This document shows positions 39,119 to 48,031 of a stretch of DNA of 64,000 nt, one piece after another. The translations under genes were made by a program, and so were the position numbers. Position 1 is the first letter of the stretch; each line of letters opens with the position of its first letter. The notes beneath the pieces are model-generated. The model did no database searches and was not told the origin of the DNA. It saw nothing but the letters and a program-made list of their open reading frames with translations. Source of the stretch: Desulfuromonadales bacterium (GTDB taxonomy: Bacteria > Desulfobacterota > Desulfuromonadia > Desulfuromonadales > SZUA-540); assembly GCA_033549025.1 (NCBI GenBank), contig JAWSUS010000009.1, forward strand, positions 34,207 through 98,206. Reading direction: 5' to 3'.

Positions 39119-41641
39119 TTATTTCAAGGCCTTGGCCAGTTCCAGCTTCCAGCTTTCGAATTTGTCCAGGTACTGGGCGAGCAGGTCCTGGGCTCTTGCG
39201 GCTTCATCGGCCTCGGAGATGATATGGACCAGGGGCTGATGCTGGTCCGGCAGCAGCAGCACCCAGTCCTCGCCCAGACTGATCTTGACGCCGTCGATAA
39301 AGGAGGCTTCGTGATCGACTGAATCTTCACTCATTTTGCGCATGATGCCGCCTTTGAGTTCCCAGGAGCAGGGTCTTGTGGCATGGCGATACTGGCGCAA
39401 GGGGATGCTCTTTTTCACCTGGCTCAGGGTTTGGCCGCTACGGGCCAGCATTTCCAGGGTCTTGGCGGCCGTGAAGAGGGCGTCGAAGTTGGACTGGAAG
39501 GCCGGAAAGGCAAAGCGCCCGTCCATACCGCCGGTCAGCAGTGTGTGGCGCTCCTTGCCGGCCTCGACCAGGGAGCGGCCGTCGGCCTTGGTTCGCTTCA
39601 CAGTCAGGCCACTTTCCCTGGCCAGGTTCTCCACGCCCTGGGGGGCGGAGACGGGCACGGCCAGCGTTCCCCTTTTTTCCGTGCGGCACACCAGGGCCGA
39701 CAGGCAGAGCAGCGCCTCCATATCCGACAGCAGGGTTCCGGTTTCGTCGATCAGCGTCACCCGTTCGCCGGAGGGGCCGATCCAGAAACCCGCCGCTGCC
39801 TCGAGGGTGACGACGATGCGGGCCAGCTGTTCCAGAGAGCGCTGCTGCTGTTCGGGAGGGGTGCCGGTGCGGCTTTCCATGACATGGGAGTTGAGCTCGA
39901 TGACCTCGCAGCCCAGGCTGGTCAGCAAGGTCGGCAGCAGTTCGCTGGCGGGCGAATGATTGAGGTCGACGACCACTTTCGGCGCGGCTTTGCGCAGGGC
40001 ATCGCCTTCGAGGGCCCGCAGGAAACCCTCGCGGTAATAGTCGTAGATGCGGGGGATTTCTTCGATGCCGCCCGGCTCGGAAAAATGGACCCGGCGGAAG
40101 TTTTCCTTGAAATAGATGCGTTCAATACCCTTGGACGCCGACGAGGAGACTTCGATGCCGTCGGCGTCGAAGAAGATGATCTCCGTCGCCGAGGGATCCA
40201 CGGGCGACTGGCGGAAGTGGACGCCCCCCACCTCGCCGAAAGTGGTCAGTTTGTAGCGCAGCACCGGCAGCGGGATCATCTTGGTATCGCGCACGTTGAC
40301 CCCGGTGGAGAGCAGGCCCCCCACAAAGGAGCGTTTGAGCATCCGGGAAGAGCGTATGGCGTCGCGGCCGGCCAGAATGAAGGCGTCTTTGGGCAGGGTC
40401 GAGCCATAGGCCGCCCCCAGCTTGGCCGCAAACTCCGGTGTCAGTTCCACGTTGGTCAGGGCGCTGACCATGGCCCCCTCGAAGAGGTTCTTGCGCCACT
40501 TTTCGCCCCAGATCAGGTTGGTGGTGACAATGGAGCCTCCCGCGATGACTTTCCGCGGCCACACCTTGACATCCTTTTTGATGTAGGCCTCGTCGCCGAT
40601 GGTCGTTTCATCCCCGACGACCGCCCCTTCTTCCACGACAACGCCGTGGCCGGCCCGGACATTGTGGCAGAGGACGGCCCCGCGCACGCGGCAGTCCTTA
40701 CGCAGGTAGACATTGTCCCAGAGGATGGCGTCTTCCAGCTCGACCCCGTCTTCAATCAGGCAGTTGCGCCCCACCACGCAGTTCTTCAATCGGGCGGTGC
40801 CCTGCACCTTGGTGTTGTCGCCGATAATCACCATCCCCTCAAGCCTGGAGAGGCTCTGGTCGTCGATCTGGGCTTCCTCGCCGATATGGATATTCGGCTT
40901 GGTCGCGGCGGTCTTTTCCCGGATACCGACGGCCACCTTGTGCTGGAAGATGTCTTGGCACGATTCGATATAGGCGTCGGTATTGCCGATGTCGGCCCAG
41001 TAGCCGCTGAGGGTGCAGCCGTAGAGGGGGGCCTTTTCCTGGAGCATCAGGGGAAAGATATCTTTGGACCAGTCGCGGTTTTCCCCGTCGGGAATCAGTT
41101 GGAGGACTTCCGGTTCCAGAACATAGATGCCGGTATTGATGGTGTCGGAAAAGACTTCGCCCCAGCCCGGCTTCTCCAGAAACTTGGTGATCTGGCCTTC
41201 CTTATCGGTGATGACGACGCCGAACTGCAGCGGATCGGTGACCGAGGTCAGGGTGATGGTGGCCAGGGCCTTCTTCTCTTCGTGGAAAGCCAGCACCCGG
41301 GAGAGGTCGAAATCGGTCAGCAGGTCGCCGCTGATGATGAGAAAGCGTTCGTCCAGATATTTTTCGGCGGCCTTGACGGCGCCGGCCGTGCCGAAATCTT
41401 CCAGGGGAGTGACATAGGTGATGCGTACGCCGAACTCGCTGCCGTCGCCGAAGAAATTCTTGATCACCATTGGCTGATGGTAGAGCAGCAGCACCAGCTC
41501 GTCGATGCCATGCCTTTTGAGCAGTTCGATAATGTGCAGCATGATCGGCCGGTTGATCAGGGGGATCATGGGCTTGGGCAGGTTGATGGTCAGGGGTTGA
41601 ATGCGGGTGCCGAATCCTCCGGCCATAAGAACTGCTTTCAT
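39119..41641 (-). CDS. sugar-1-phosphate nucleotidyltransferase (GMPP-like) + left-handed beta-helix + phosphomannomutase-like fusion
   Basis: MAGGFGTRIQPLT..PKP, GTAGAV, EKP, YWADIGN; hexapeptide repeats; C-terminal PGM/PMM-fold with degenerate motifs. Confidence 0.88.
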   Translation of the reverse strand: MKAVLMAGGFGTRIQPLTINLPKPMIPLINRPIMLHIIELLKRHGIDELVLLLYHQPMVIKNFFGDGSEFGVRITYVTPLEDFGTAGAVKAAEKYLDERFLIISGDLLTDFDLSRVLAFHEEKKALATITLTSVTDPLQFGVVITDKEGQITKFLEKPGWGEVFSDTINTGIYVLEPEVLQLIPDGENRDWSKDIFPLMLQEKAPLYGCTLSGYWADIGNTDAYIESCQDIFQHKVAVGIREKTAATKPNIHIGEEAQIDDQSLSRLEGMVIIGDNTKVQGTARLKNCVVGRNCLIEDGVELEDAILWDNVYLRKDCRVRGAVLCHNVRAGHGVVVEEGAVVGDETTIGDEAYIKKDVKVWPRKVIAGGSIVTTNLIWGEKWRKNLFEGAMVSALTNVELTPEFAAKLGAAYGSTLPKDAFILAGRDAIRSSRMLKRSFVGGLLSTGVNVRDTKMIPLPVLRYKLTTFGEVGGVHFRQSPVDPSATEIIFFDADGIEVSSSASKGIERIYFKENFRRVHFSEPGGIEEIPRIYDYYREGFLRALEGDALRKAAPKVVVDLNHSPASELLPTLLTSLGCEVIELNSHVMESRTGTPPEQQQRSLEQLARIVVTLEAAAGFWIGPSGERVTLIDETGTLLSDMEALLCLSALVCRTEKRGTLAVPVSAPQGVENLARESGLTVKRTKADGRSLVEAGKERHTLLTGGMDGRFAFPAFQSNFDALFTAAKTLEMLARSGQTLSQVKKSIPLRQYRHATRPCSWELKGGIMRKMSEDSVDHEASFIDGVKISLGEDWVLLLPDQHQPLVHIISEADEAARAQDLLAQYLDKFESWKLELAKALK

Positions 41642-41685
41642 GGCAGCTTTCTCCTTTGAACGATGATGGGTGCGAATCTGGTGGA

Positions 41686-42045
41686 TCAGTGTGTTTTGGC
41701 CAGGATTTTGCGGACCTCCTCCTTGAGTTCGGTGAGGTCCGAACTCTTCACCACGTAGGCATCGGCCAGCCAGGAGGAAAAGTCGTCCTTATAGCAGCTG
41801 AAAGCGGTGCACAGGATCACCGGCAGGTTTCCTTTCTCCTTGACGATCTTCTGCAGCAGCTGCAGACCGCTCTCCCCCTTCATCTGGATGTCGAGAACGA
41901 CCAGATCGAAGTCTTTTTGCTGCAGCCGTTCGGCCGCCTCGCTGCCGCTGCCGGCCGATTCCACCTCGTAGCCTTCGTCTTCGAGTTCGGTCTTGTAGAG
42001 ATAGCGGATGTCGCGTTCGTCATCAACCACCAGGATGCGTGCCAT
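41686..42045 (-). CDS. single-domain response regulator
   Basis: VVDDE, phospho-Asp LDIQM, CTA, conserved Lys (VKSS); 119 aa with no output domain. Confidence 0.92.
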   Translation of the reverse strand: MARILVVDDERDIRYLYKTELEDEGYEVESAGSGSEAAERLQQKDFDLVVLDIQMKGESGLQLLQKIVKEKGNLPVILCTAFSCYKDDFSSWLADAYVVKSSDLTELKEEVRKILAKTH

Positions 42046-42068
42046 GGATGTCCTCCCCTCGATGCTTT

Positions 42069-43685
42069 TTATAGTCGGAAACGGATGCAGAAGCTGGTTC
42101 CCCGGCCTGGTTCGCTGAAAATTTCAAACGCCGCATTGTGGCCTTCCAGAATGCGGGCGCACAGCGACAGGCCCAGGCCTGTGCCCTGCTCCTTGGTTGA
42201 AAAGAACGGTGTCGTCACAGTGCGGATCTCGTCCTCGCTCATCCCCGGGCCGGTGTCCTTTACCGTCAGAATCACCTCTTCATGGCCCCTGGCCGTGTGT
42301 AAGGTGAGGCCGCCGCCGTTGGGCATGGCTTCCACCGCGTTGTTCACCAGACTGCGCAGGCAGTAGGTGATCTTTTTGTAGTCCAGTACCACCTGGGGCA
42401 GGTCGGGCGCCAGTTCGAGCTGACAGTCGATGCCGTTTTCATGCAGGTCGTCTCGCATGGCGGCGTACACCGCCGTGACCAGCTGATTGATGTCCCACTG
42501 GTCAAAGGTCGGATGCATCGACTCGGAGTAGTTGAGCACCTCCTGCAGCACCTCTTCCAGATGTTTGGTCTCCCGCACGATGGATTCGATGTAGGCCCGC
42601 TTGGCGTCGTTCTCCGCCGTGCTGCGTATGAGCGAGCGGGCAAACCCGCCGATGATGGTCAGGGGATTGCGGATGGAATGGGCCACGTTGGCCGTGATGC
42701 GCCCCACCAGGGCCATTTTTTCCATGCGCAGGATGATTTCCTGCTGGTCTTTCAAACGCTCGTTGGCCTCGGTGACGTTGCGCAGCTCTTTCTGCAGGCG
42801 TTCGTACAGGGCGGCCCGGCTGATGGCGAAGGTCACCGGCAAAGCGAAGGTTTCCAGCGACTGCAGGTCTTCGTCCGAGATCGGCTGATTGTTGATGATG
42901 TTGTCCGCCAGCAGCAGGCCGACCCGGCGGTCGGTGCTTACCATGGGAACCATGACCAGTTCGTTGACCCCCAGCGCGTCGATCTGGGCCGGATCGATAT
43001 CGGTTTCCTGGCGCAGGTTGAGGATATGGCGTGGCCGCCGTTCGTTGAGCGTGCGAATAAAGAGATGATTCTCCCGATTCAGGGGGACGGTCAGCAGCTG
43101 GAGCAAATCGCGGAACTTGGCTTTTTCTTCCGGCAGCTTGGTTTCAAAGAGCAGGCGGGCCATCTCGCGCAGCGAACGGTCGGCGTGGGCCAGTTCATTC
43201 CAGATGCGCCAGGCGTCTTCCCGCTGCCGGGGGCCCACAGCCAGATAGCCTTCGAGGTTCTGGCGCTCCCTGTCCACCAGTAGCAGAATGGCCCGGTTGA
43301 GGCCAAAGCCTTTGCCGGCGGTAACAGCCGTGAGGGCCATGGTGATCACTTCATCCTTGTCCATGGATGTCTGCAGCACGTGGCCGACTTCATTCAGAAA
43401 ACGTTTTTCCCGATCCCTGACGGCAAGCTGGTGCTCCAGGAGTTTCGTCTTGGCGCGAAGCTGCAGAAGCTCGGTGCAGACGGTGGGGAAGATTTCCGCC
43501 ATCTCGCCATCGGAGCGGCTGAATACTTCCGCATCTTCCAGAAAGCGCGGGCACTCAAGGCAACGCTGCAAAATACGCTGCTGGCGATCGTAAAGCAGGG
43601 CGCCGTCCTCATCGTGCAGATAGGGACACTGCCCCGGATCGATGTGTTCGAGATGCCAGCAGCACTGAGGATTCACGGTTGTCAC
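42069..43685 (-). CDS. cytoplasmic sensor histidine kinase with Cys-rich N-terminus and GAF domain
   Basis: H-box AHSIRNPL, NNAVEAM, DTGPG, FFSTK, GTGLGL; no TM segment; GTG start. Confidence 0.9.
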   Translation of the reverse strand: MTTVNPQCCWHLEHIDPGQCPYLHDEDGALLYDRQQRILQRCLECPRFLEDAEVFSRSDGEMAEIFPTVCTELLQLRAKTKLLEHQLAVRDREKRFLNEVGHVLQTSMDKDEVITMALTAVTAGKGFGLNRAILLLVDRERQNLEGYLAVGPRQREDAWRIWNELAHADRSLREMARLLFETKLPEEKAKFRDLLQLLTVPLNRENHLFIRTLNERRPRHILNLRQETDIDPAQIDALGVNELVMVPMVSTDRRVGLLLADNIINNQPISDEDLQSLETFALPVTFAISRAALYERLQKELRNVTEANERLKDQQEIILRMEKMALVGRITANVAHSIRNPLTIIGGFARSLIRSTAENDAKRAYIESIVRETKHLEEVLQEVLNYSESMHPTFDQWDINQLVTAVYAAMRDDLHENGIDCQLELAPDLPQVVLDYKKITYCLRSLVNNAVEAMPNGGGLTLHTARGHEEVILTVKDTGPGMSEDEIRTVTTPFFSTKEQGTGLGLSLCARILEGHNAAFEIFSEPGRGTSFCIRFRL

Positions 43686-43882
43686 CGATCGGAGAGCGGT
43701 TTGCGGGAAAGTCAGGTTTTGTCCAAGGAAACGTCCAGAAATTATAGCAGCCCCGGGTGCGAATGCAATGAGATGGACTATTGTTTTTTAATGAAAAAAC
43801 GCCCTTTTTGGGAATGTCCGGCAAAGGAACGCTCTCGGTTAAATGTTGCTCTCGGCCAGGGGACATGGCATAGTCGACCCCT

Positions 43883-44821
43883 ATGAACGACAAGCGCTAC
43901 CATCTCTTTTCTCAATTTCTGAAAGACCGTTTCGGCGGCAGGGTGCACAAGATCTCGGTGGACGCCGGTTTTTCCTGCCCTAACCGCGGCGACACCCGCC
44001 AGCAGCCGGGCTGCCTCTTCTGTGACCCGGGCGGTTCGGGCGCCGTCGGCATCGCACGAAGTCTGTCCGTGGCCGAGCAGTTGGAGCAGGGCAAGGAGAT
44101 CATGGTTCGCAAGTACAAGGCGAAGCAGTTCATTGCCTACTTTCAGCCGTTCTCCAATACCTACGCGCCACCCGAACGCCTGCGGCAACTCTACGACGAG
44201 GCCCTTGCCGTTACCGGAGTGATGGGGCTGGCCGTCGGCACCCGTCCCGACTGTCTGCCGCCGCCGGTCCTCGACCTTCTGGCCGAATACCACCGGCGCA
44301 CCTTCTTCTGGCTCGAACTCGGACTGCAGACCACGCACGATGCGACCCTGAACTTTCTCCGCCGTGGCCACGACTATCAGCGTTTTCTGTTAGCCTATGA
44401 TGAGGCCAAGGCCAGGGGCTTGAGCGTTTGTGTTCATGTGATTCTGGGGTTGCCGGGGGAGAGCCGCGCGCAGATGCTGGCTACGGCCGACGAGATGGCG
44501 CGTCTGCAGGTCGATGGCATCAAGATCCATCTGCTGCATGTGCTCAAGGGGACGCCTCTGGGCGAACTCTACCAGCAGGGGCAGGTCGAGGTGCTGTCGC
44601 AGGAGGACTACGTACAGCTGGCCGTCGATTTTCTCGAACGACTCCATCCGGACACGCTTATCCACCGTCTTACCGGCGACGGGCCGCGCGATCTGCTGCT
44701 GGCGCCCTTGTGGTCGCTGAACAAGTGGGAAGTGCTCAACGCCATCGACGACGAGCTGCGCCGGCGGGACAGCCGCCAGGGAAGTTGCTGTTCAGTAAAA
44801 AAAATGAGGAAAAAAGAGTAA
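43883..44821 (+). CDS. TIGR01212 (YhcC-like) radical SAM protein
   Basis: GFSCPNR..GCLFC, YFQPFSNTY, GTRPDC, ELGLQT, HRLTGD. Confidence 0.9.
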   Translation: MNDKRYHLFSQFLKDRFGGRVHKISVDAGFSCPNRGDTRQQPGCLFCDPGGSGAVGIARSLSVAEQLEQGKEIMVRKYKAKQFIAYFQPFSNTYAPPERLRQLYDEALAVTGVMGLAVGTRPDCLPPPVLDLLAEYHRRTFFWLELGLQTTHDATLNFLRRGHDYQRFLLAYDEAKARGLSVCVHVILGLPGESRAQMLATADEMARLQVDGIKIHLLHVLKGTPLGELYQQGQVEVLSQEDYVQLAVDFLERLHPDTLIHRLTGDGPRDLLLAPLWSLNKWEVLNAIDDELRRRDSRQGSCCSVKKMRKKE

Positions 44822-44881
44822 AATACCCCGTACACGCCGTCGGGAGGTTGGCGTCAGGGGCGAAAGGCCGTCAGTTCCAAG

Positions 44882-45010
44882 TCAGGAGCTGAGGTTTTCC
44901 AGCTGGATGGCTTGCAGTTGTTGCGGTGTGACGTCTTCGGCGCCTCCCCAGGAAATAAGCAGGAGAGAAGCCCAGACGATACCGACAGCGAGGATGAGTA
45001 GTCTTTTCAT
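44882..45010 (-). CDS. putative small membrane/exported protein (42 aa)
   Basis: MKRLLILAVGIVWASLLLISWGGAEDVTPQQLQAIQLENLSS: basic N-terminus plus hydrophobic core; fills the intergenic gap; no obvious RBS. Confidence 0.5.
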   Translation of the reverse strand: MKRLLILAVGIVWASLLLISWGGAEDVTPQQLQAIQLENLSS

Positions 45011-45203
45011 GGCGCGTAAAATATATAATTTTTTACCTGAAAGCAAGCCCTTATTGCAGAATGCCTCCTGCGTTAATCCCGCCTCGACGCTGCCTTCTTG
45101 TCTGCTTCGCCGCGCTGTGGTATCGTTCGTCCTCTGAATCGGGGCTGATCTGCGGCCCCTCTTCCACCTGAAGAATTCCCTGAACCTATCCCCTGGCCTG
45201 ACC

Positions 45204-47240
45204 ATGGATCTGCGAACGCTCAATAAAGAACAGCTGGCGGCGGTGCGTCATACCGAAGGACCGCTGCTGCTGCTGGCCGGCGCCGGCTCGGGCAAAACCC
45301 GGGTTATCACCTACCGCATCGCCTATCTTCTGCTGGAGAAGGGGGTGAGCCCCGAGAATGTTCTGGCCGTCACCTTTACCAACAAGGCGGCCCGCGAGAT
45401 GAAGGAGCGGGTGCTGGAACTGGTGGGGCGGGCCAGAAACAAAGGGCTGGTCATCGGCACCTTCCATTCCCTCTGCGTGCGCATTCTCAAAGAGGACATC
45501 GAGCGCCTCGGCTACAAGAAGAATTTTTCCATTTACGGCGCCGCCGACCAGGCCCGTCTGATCAAAGACCTGCTGCAGGGGCTCGACAGCGGCGGCAAGA
45601 AGTTCGATGCCGACCGGGTGCTCTGGCTCATCTCCGATGCCAAGAACCGGCTGGTGGCCCCCCAGGACTTCGTCGGCCGCTTCCAGGATGAATATGCCTG
45701 GGTCGCGGCCGAGATCTATCCGCGTTACCAGCGTGCCCTCAAGGCCTTCAACGCCATCGACTTCGACGACATCATCATGCTCGCCGTCACCCTGCTGCAG
45801 AACTATCCTGAGGTGCTGGCCAAATACCAGGAGCGCTTCCGTTATATCCTGGTGGATGAATACCAGGACACCAACGCCGCCCAGTATCTGCTGCTGCGCC
45901 TTCTCTCGGGCAAATACCGCAACCTCTGCGTGGTCGGCGACGACGATCAGTCCATCTACGGCTGGCGCGGGGCCGACCTGGGCAACATCCTCGAATTCGA
46001 GAAGGATTTCGCCGGCACCACCCTCATCAAGCTGGAGCAGAACTACCGCTCGTCGGGGACCATCCTGTCGGCGGCCAACGCGGTCATCCGTCACAACGCC
46101 AAGCGCAAGGAGAAGGCGCTGTGGACGGCCGGCGACAGCGGCCGCCAGATCGAGCTCATCTGCTGCGAGGACGAGGAGGATGAAGCGCGCATGGTCATGG
46201 AGCGCATCCACGCCGAGCGTTTCCGCCTCAACCTGGAGTACCGCGACTTCGCCATCCTCTACCGCACCAACGTGCAGTCGCGCGCCTTCGAGGAGCAACT
46301 GCGCTATGAGAATATCCCCTACGTCCTGATCGGCGGACAGCAATTCTTCGACCGCAAGGAGGTCAAGGACGCCGTGGCCTATCTGCGGGTGCTGGTCAAC
46401 CCGCGCGACGAGGTCAATCTGCTGCGCATCCTCAACTATCCGCGCCGCGGCATCGGCGAGACCAGCGCCGACCGGCTCATCCGTTTTTCCGCCGAGCACA
46501 ATCGGCCGCTGTGGGACGTTCTCGAAGCGCCCGGCGCCGTGGAGGAACTGGGGGAGAAGGTCGTCGAGGCGGTGGGCGCCTTCGTGGCCCTGATGGACGG
46601 CTATCGGCAGCGCTTCGCCCGCGGCCGGCGCCTGGCCGAGATCGCTCGGCAGTTTTTCGCCGAAATCAAGCTGGAGGACGAGATCTACCGGCAGACCGAA
46701 GATCCGGCCAAAGCCAGGCGCCGGGCCGACAACGTCGAGGAGGTGGTCAACGCCATGGCCTCCTACGAGGAACGTGAAGAGAAGCCGAGCCTGGCCGGCT
46801 TTTTGGAGAAGGTGTCCCTTTTGGACGACGAGCATCCGGGGCGCAACGACAAAGAGGCCAAGCTGGCCCGCAACGCCGTGACCCTCATGAGTTTGCATTC
46901 GAGTAAGGGGCTGGAATACCCGGTGGTCTTTCTGGTCGGGTTGGAGGAGGAATATCTTCCCCACAAGAAATCAATCCACGAGACCTTCGACGTGGATGAG
47001 GAGCGTCGCCTCTGCTACGTGGGAATTACCCGGGCCCAGAAGCACCTGGTGCTGCTGCATGCCAAGCAGCGGAAAAAGTACGGCAAGTTGCTGCCCCGTC
47101 TGCCCAGCCGGTTTTTGCAGGAGATCCCCGCCGACCTGATGGAGAAACAGCAGAGCGAGGGCCAGCCGAATCTCCCCGAGGCCGAAAAGGAGCAGCTGGC
47201 CAAGAGTTTTTTTGCCGGCATCGAAGACCTGCTCAAATAG
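45204..47240 (+). CDS. UvrD/Rep/PcrA family ATP-dependent DNA helicase (Rep-like length)
   Basis: AGAGSGKT, TFTNKAA, VDEYQDTN, GDDDQSIYGWRGA, HSSKGLE, EERRLCYVGITRA. Confidence 0.93.
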   Translation: MDLRTLNKEQLAAVRHTEGPLLLLAGAGSGKTRVITYRIAYLLLEKGVSPENVLAVTFTNKAAREMKERVLELVGRARNKGLVIGTFHSLCVRILKEDIERLGYKKNFSIYGAADQARLIKDLLQGLDSGGKKFDADRVLWLISDAKNRLVAPQDFVGRFQDEYAWVAAEIYPRYQRALKAFNAIDFDDIIMLAVTLLQNYPEVLAKYQERFRYILVDEYQDTNAAQYLLLRLLSGKYRNLCVVGDDDQSIYGWRGADLGNILEFEKDFAGTTLIKLEQNYRSSGTILSAANAVIRHNAKRKEKALWTAGDSGRQIELICCEDEEDEARMVMERIHAERFRLNLEYRDFAILYRTNVQSRAFEEQLRYENIPYVLIGGQQFFDRKEVKDAVAYLRVLVNPRDEVNLLRILNYPRRGIGETSADRLIRFSAEHNRPLWDVLEAPGAVEELGEKVVEAVGAFVALMDGYRQRFARGRRLAEIARQFFAEIKLEDEIYRQTEDPAKARRRADNVEEVVNAMASYEEREEKPSLAGFLEKVSLLDDEHPGRNDKEAKLARNAVTLMSLHSSKGLEYPVVFLVGLEEEYLPHKKSIHETFDVDEERRLCYVGITRAQKHLVLLHAKQRKKYGKLLPRLPSRFLQEIPADLMEKQQSEGQPNLPEAEKEQLAKSFFAGIEDLLK

Positions 47241-47253
47241 CTTCAGCCGACGC

Positions 47254-47290
47254 AAAAAGGGGCCTTTTCCGGCAGGAAAGGCCCCCTTTT
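47254..47290. terminator. bidirectional intrinsic terminator
   Basis: AAAAAGGGGCCTTTTCC-ggca-GGAAAGGCCCCCTTTT between convergent genes. Confidence 0.7.
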
Positions 47291-47313
47291 CAAATGCAGA
47301 GGTCAACGGGCTG

Positions 47314-47634
47314 TCAGCGCATCAATAGAAAAATCACCGCAAGAACCACAACCGCCGCCACCACTCCGATGATCATTTTACTCCCACCGCCGCCTGTCGT
47401 CTCAGGAACAGCTTCCTCCAATTGGCCGACCACCGGAAAACGCTCGATGACCGCCCTGACGTGGGGGGCGTTTTTCAACTCGTCGGTGAGGTCATGGCCA
47501 GCCTGGTGCAGCCCTTGGTGGTCGCCGTTCGGCCAGAGCTTGCTGTCGCTGAAATCATAGATCTTGCCGTTGACGGCCCCGTAGGCCTTGCGCCCTTCGC
47601 GGCCGTCGAATTTTGCCAGTTCTTCTCGGGTCAT
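47314..47634 (-). CDS. cytochrome b5-like heme/steroid-binding protein with C-terminal membrane anchor
   Basis: EELAKFDG, VNGKIYD, HQAGHDLT..APH; hydrophobic C-terminus; AGGAG RBS. Confidence 0.85.
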   Translation of the reverse strand: MTREELAKFDGREGRKAYGAVNGKIYDFSDSKLWPNGDHQGLHQAGHDLTDELKNAPHVRAVIERFPVVGQLEEAVPETTGGGGSKMIIGVVAAVVVLAVIFLLMR

Positions 47635-47956
47635 GGTGTCTCTCCTGCCGGGTCATGGGGAAACCTGCTGAAGGAGCCAGGTGGAATGGGTTGTCGGTGC
47701 AGACAAGTTGACATTTTACCAGAGTTCACCCTGAGAACAAGTTTTGGGTCGGAAGGGGGGACGGGTGCGCGCTGGCGCAGTGCACTGTGCACACTTGTGT
47801 GTCAGTCCGTTACGCCGGTGCGGGCGCTATCGTCTGTTCGCACACTGTTTTTAGCCTCTCTTAAAAAAACACCGTTCTGGTTTTTTGCCGAAAAAACATG
47901 ACTTCAGCGGTTGTTGTTTTTAAGTAGCCGAAATAAGAAAGGAAATCTTTGACCTG

Positions 47957-47974
47957 TCGGCACAATTCGTGTAT
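47957..47974 (+). promoter_or_regulatory. candidate sigma-54 (-24/-12) promoter of msh cluster, non-canonical -12
   Basis: TCGGCACAATTCGTGTAT: GG-N10-GT instead of GC. Confidence 0.35.
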
Positions 47975-48031
47975 ATGCATGGATCGAAGTTTACTCTGGC
48001 GATTTATATACGGCTATAGCCCGGCGCTGTC

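Noticed and set aside
39383..41659. 758-aa plus-strand ORF
   Set aside because: Antisense shadow of the nucleotidyltransferase fusion
47635..48031. c-di-GMP/cGAMP (GEMM) riboswitch or tRNA upstream of the msh cluster
   Set aside because: No GEMM-type GNRA tetraloop/receptor two-stem layout or cloverleaf seen by eye; an Infernal scan would be decisive
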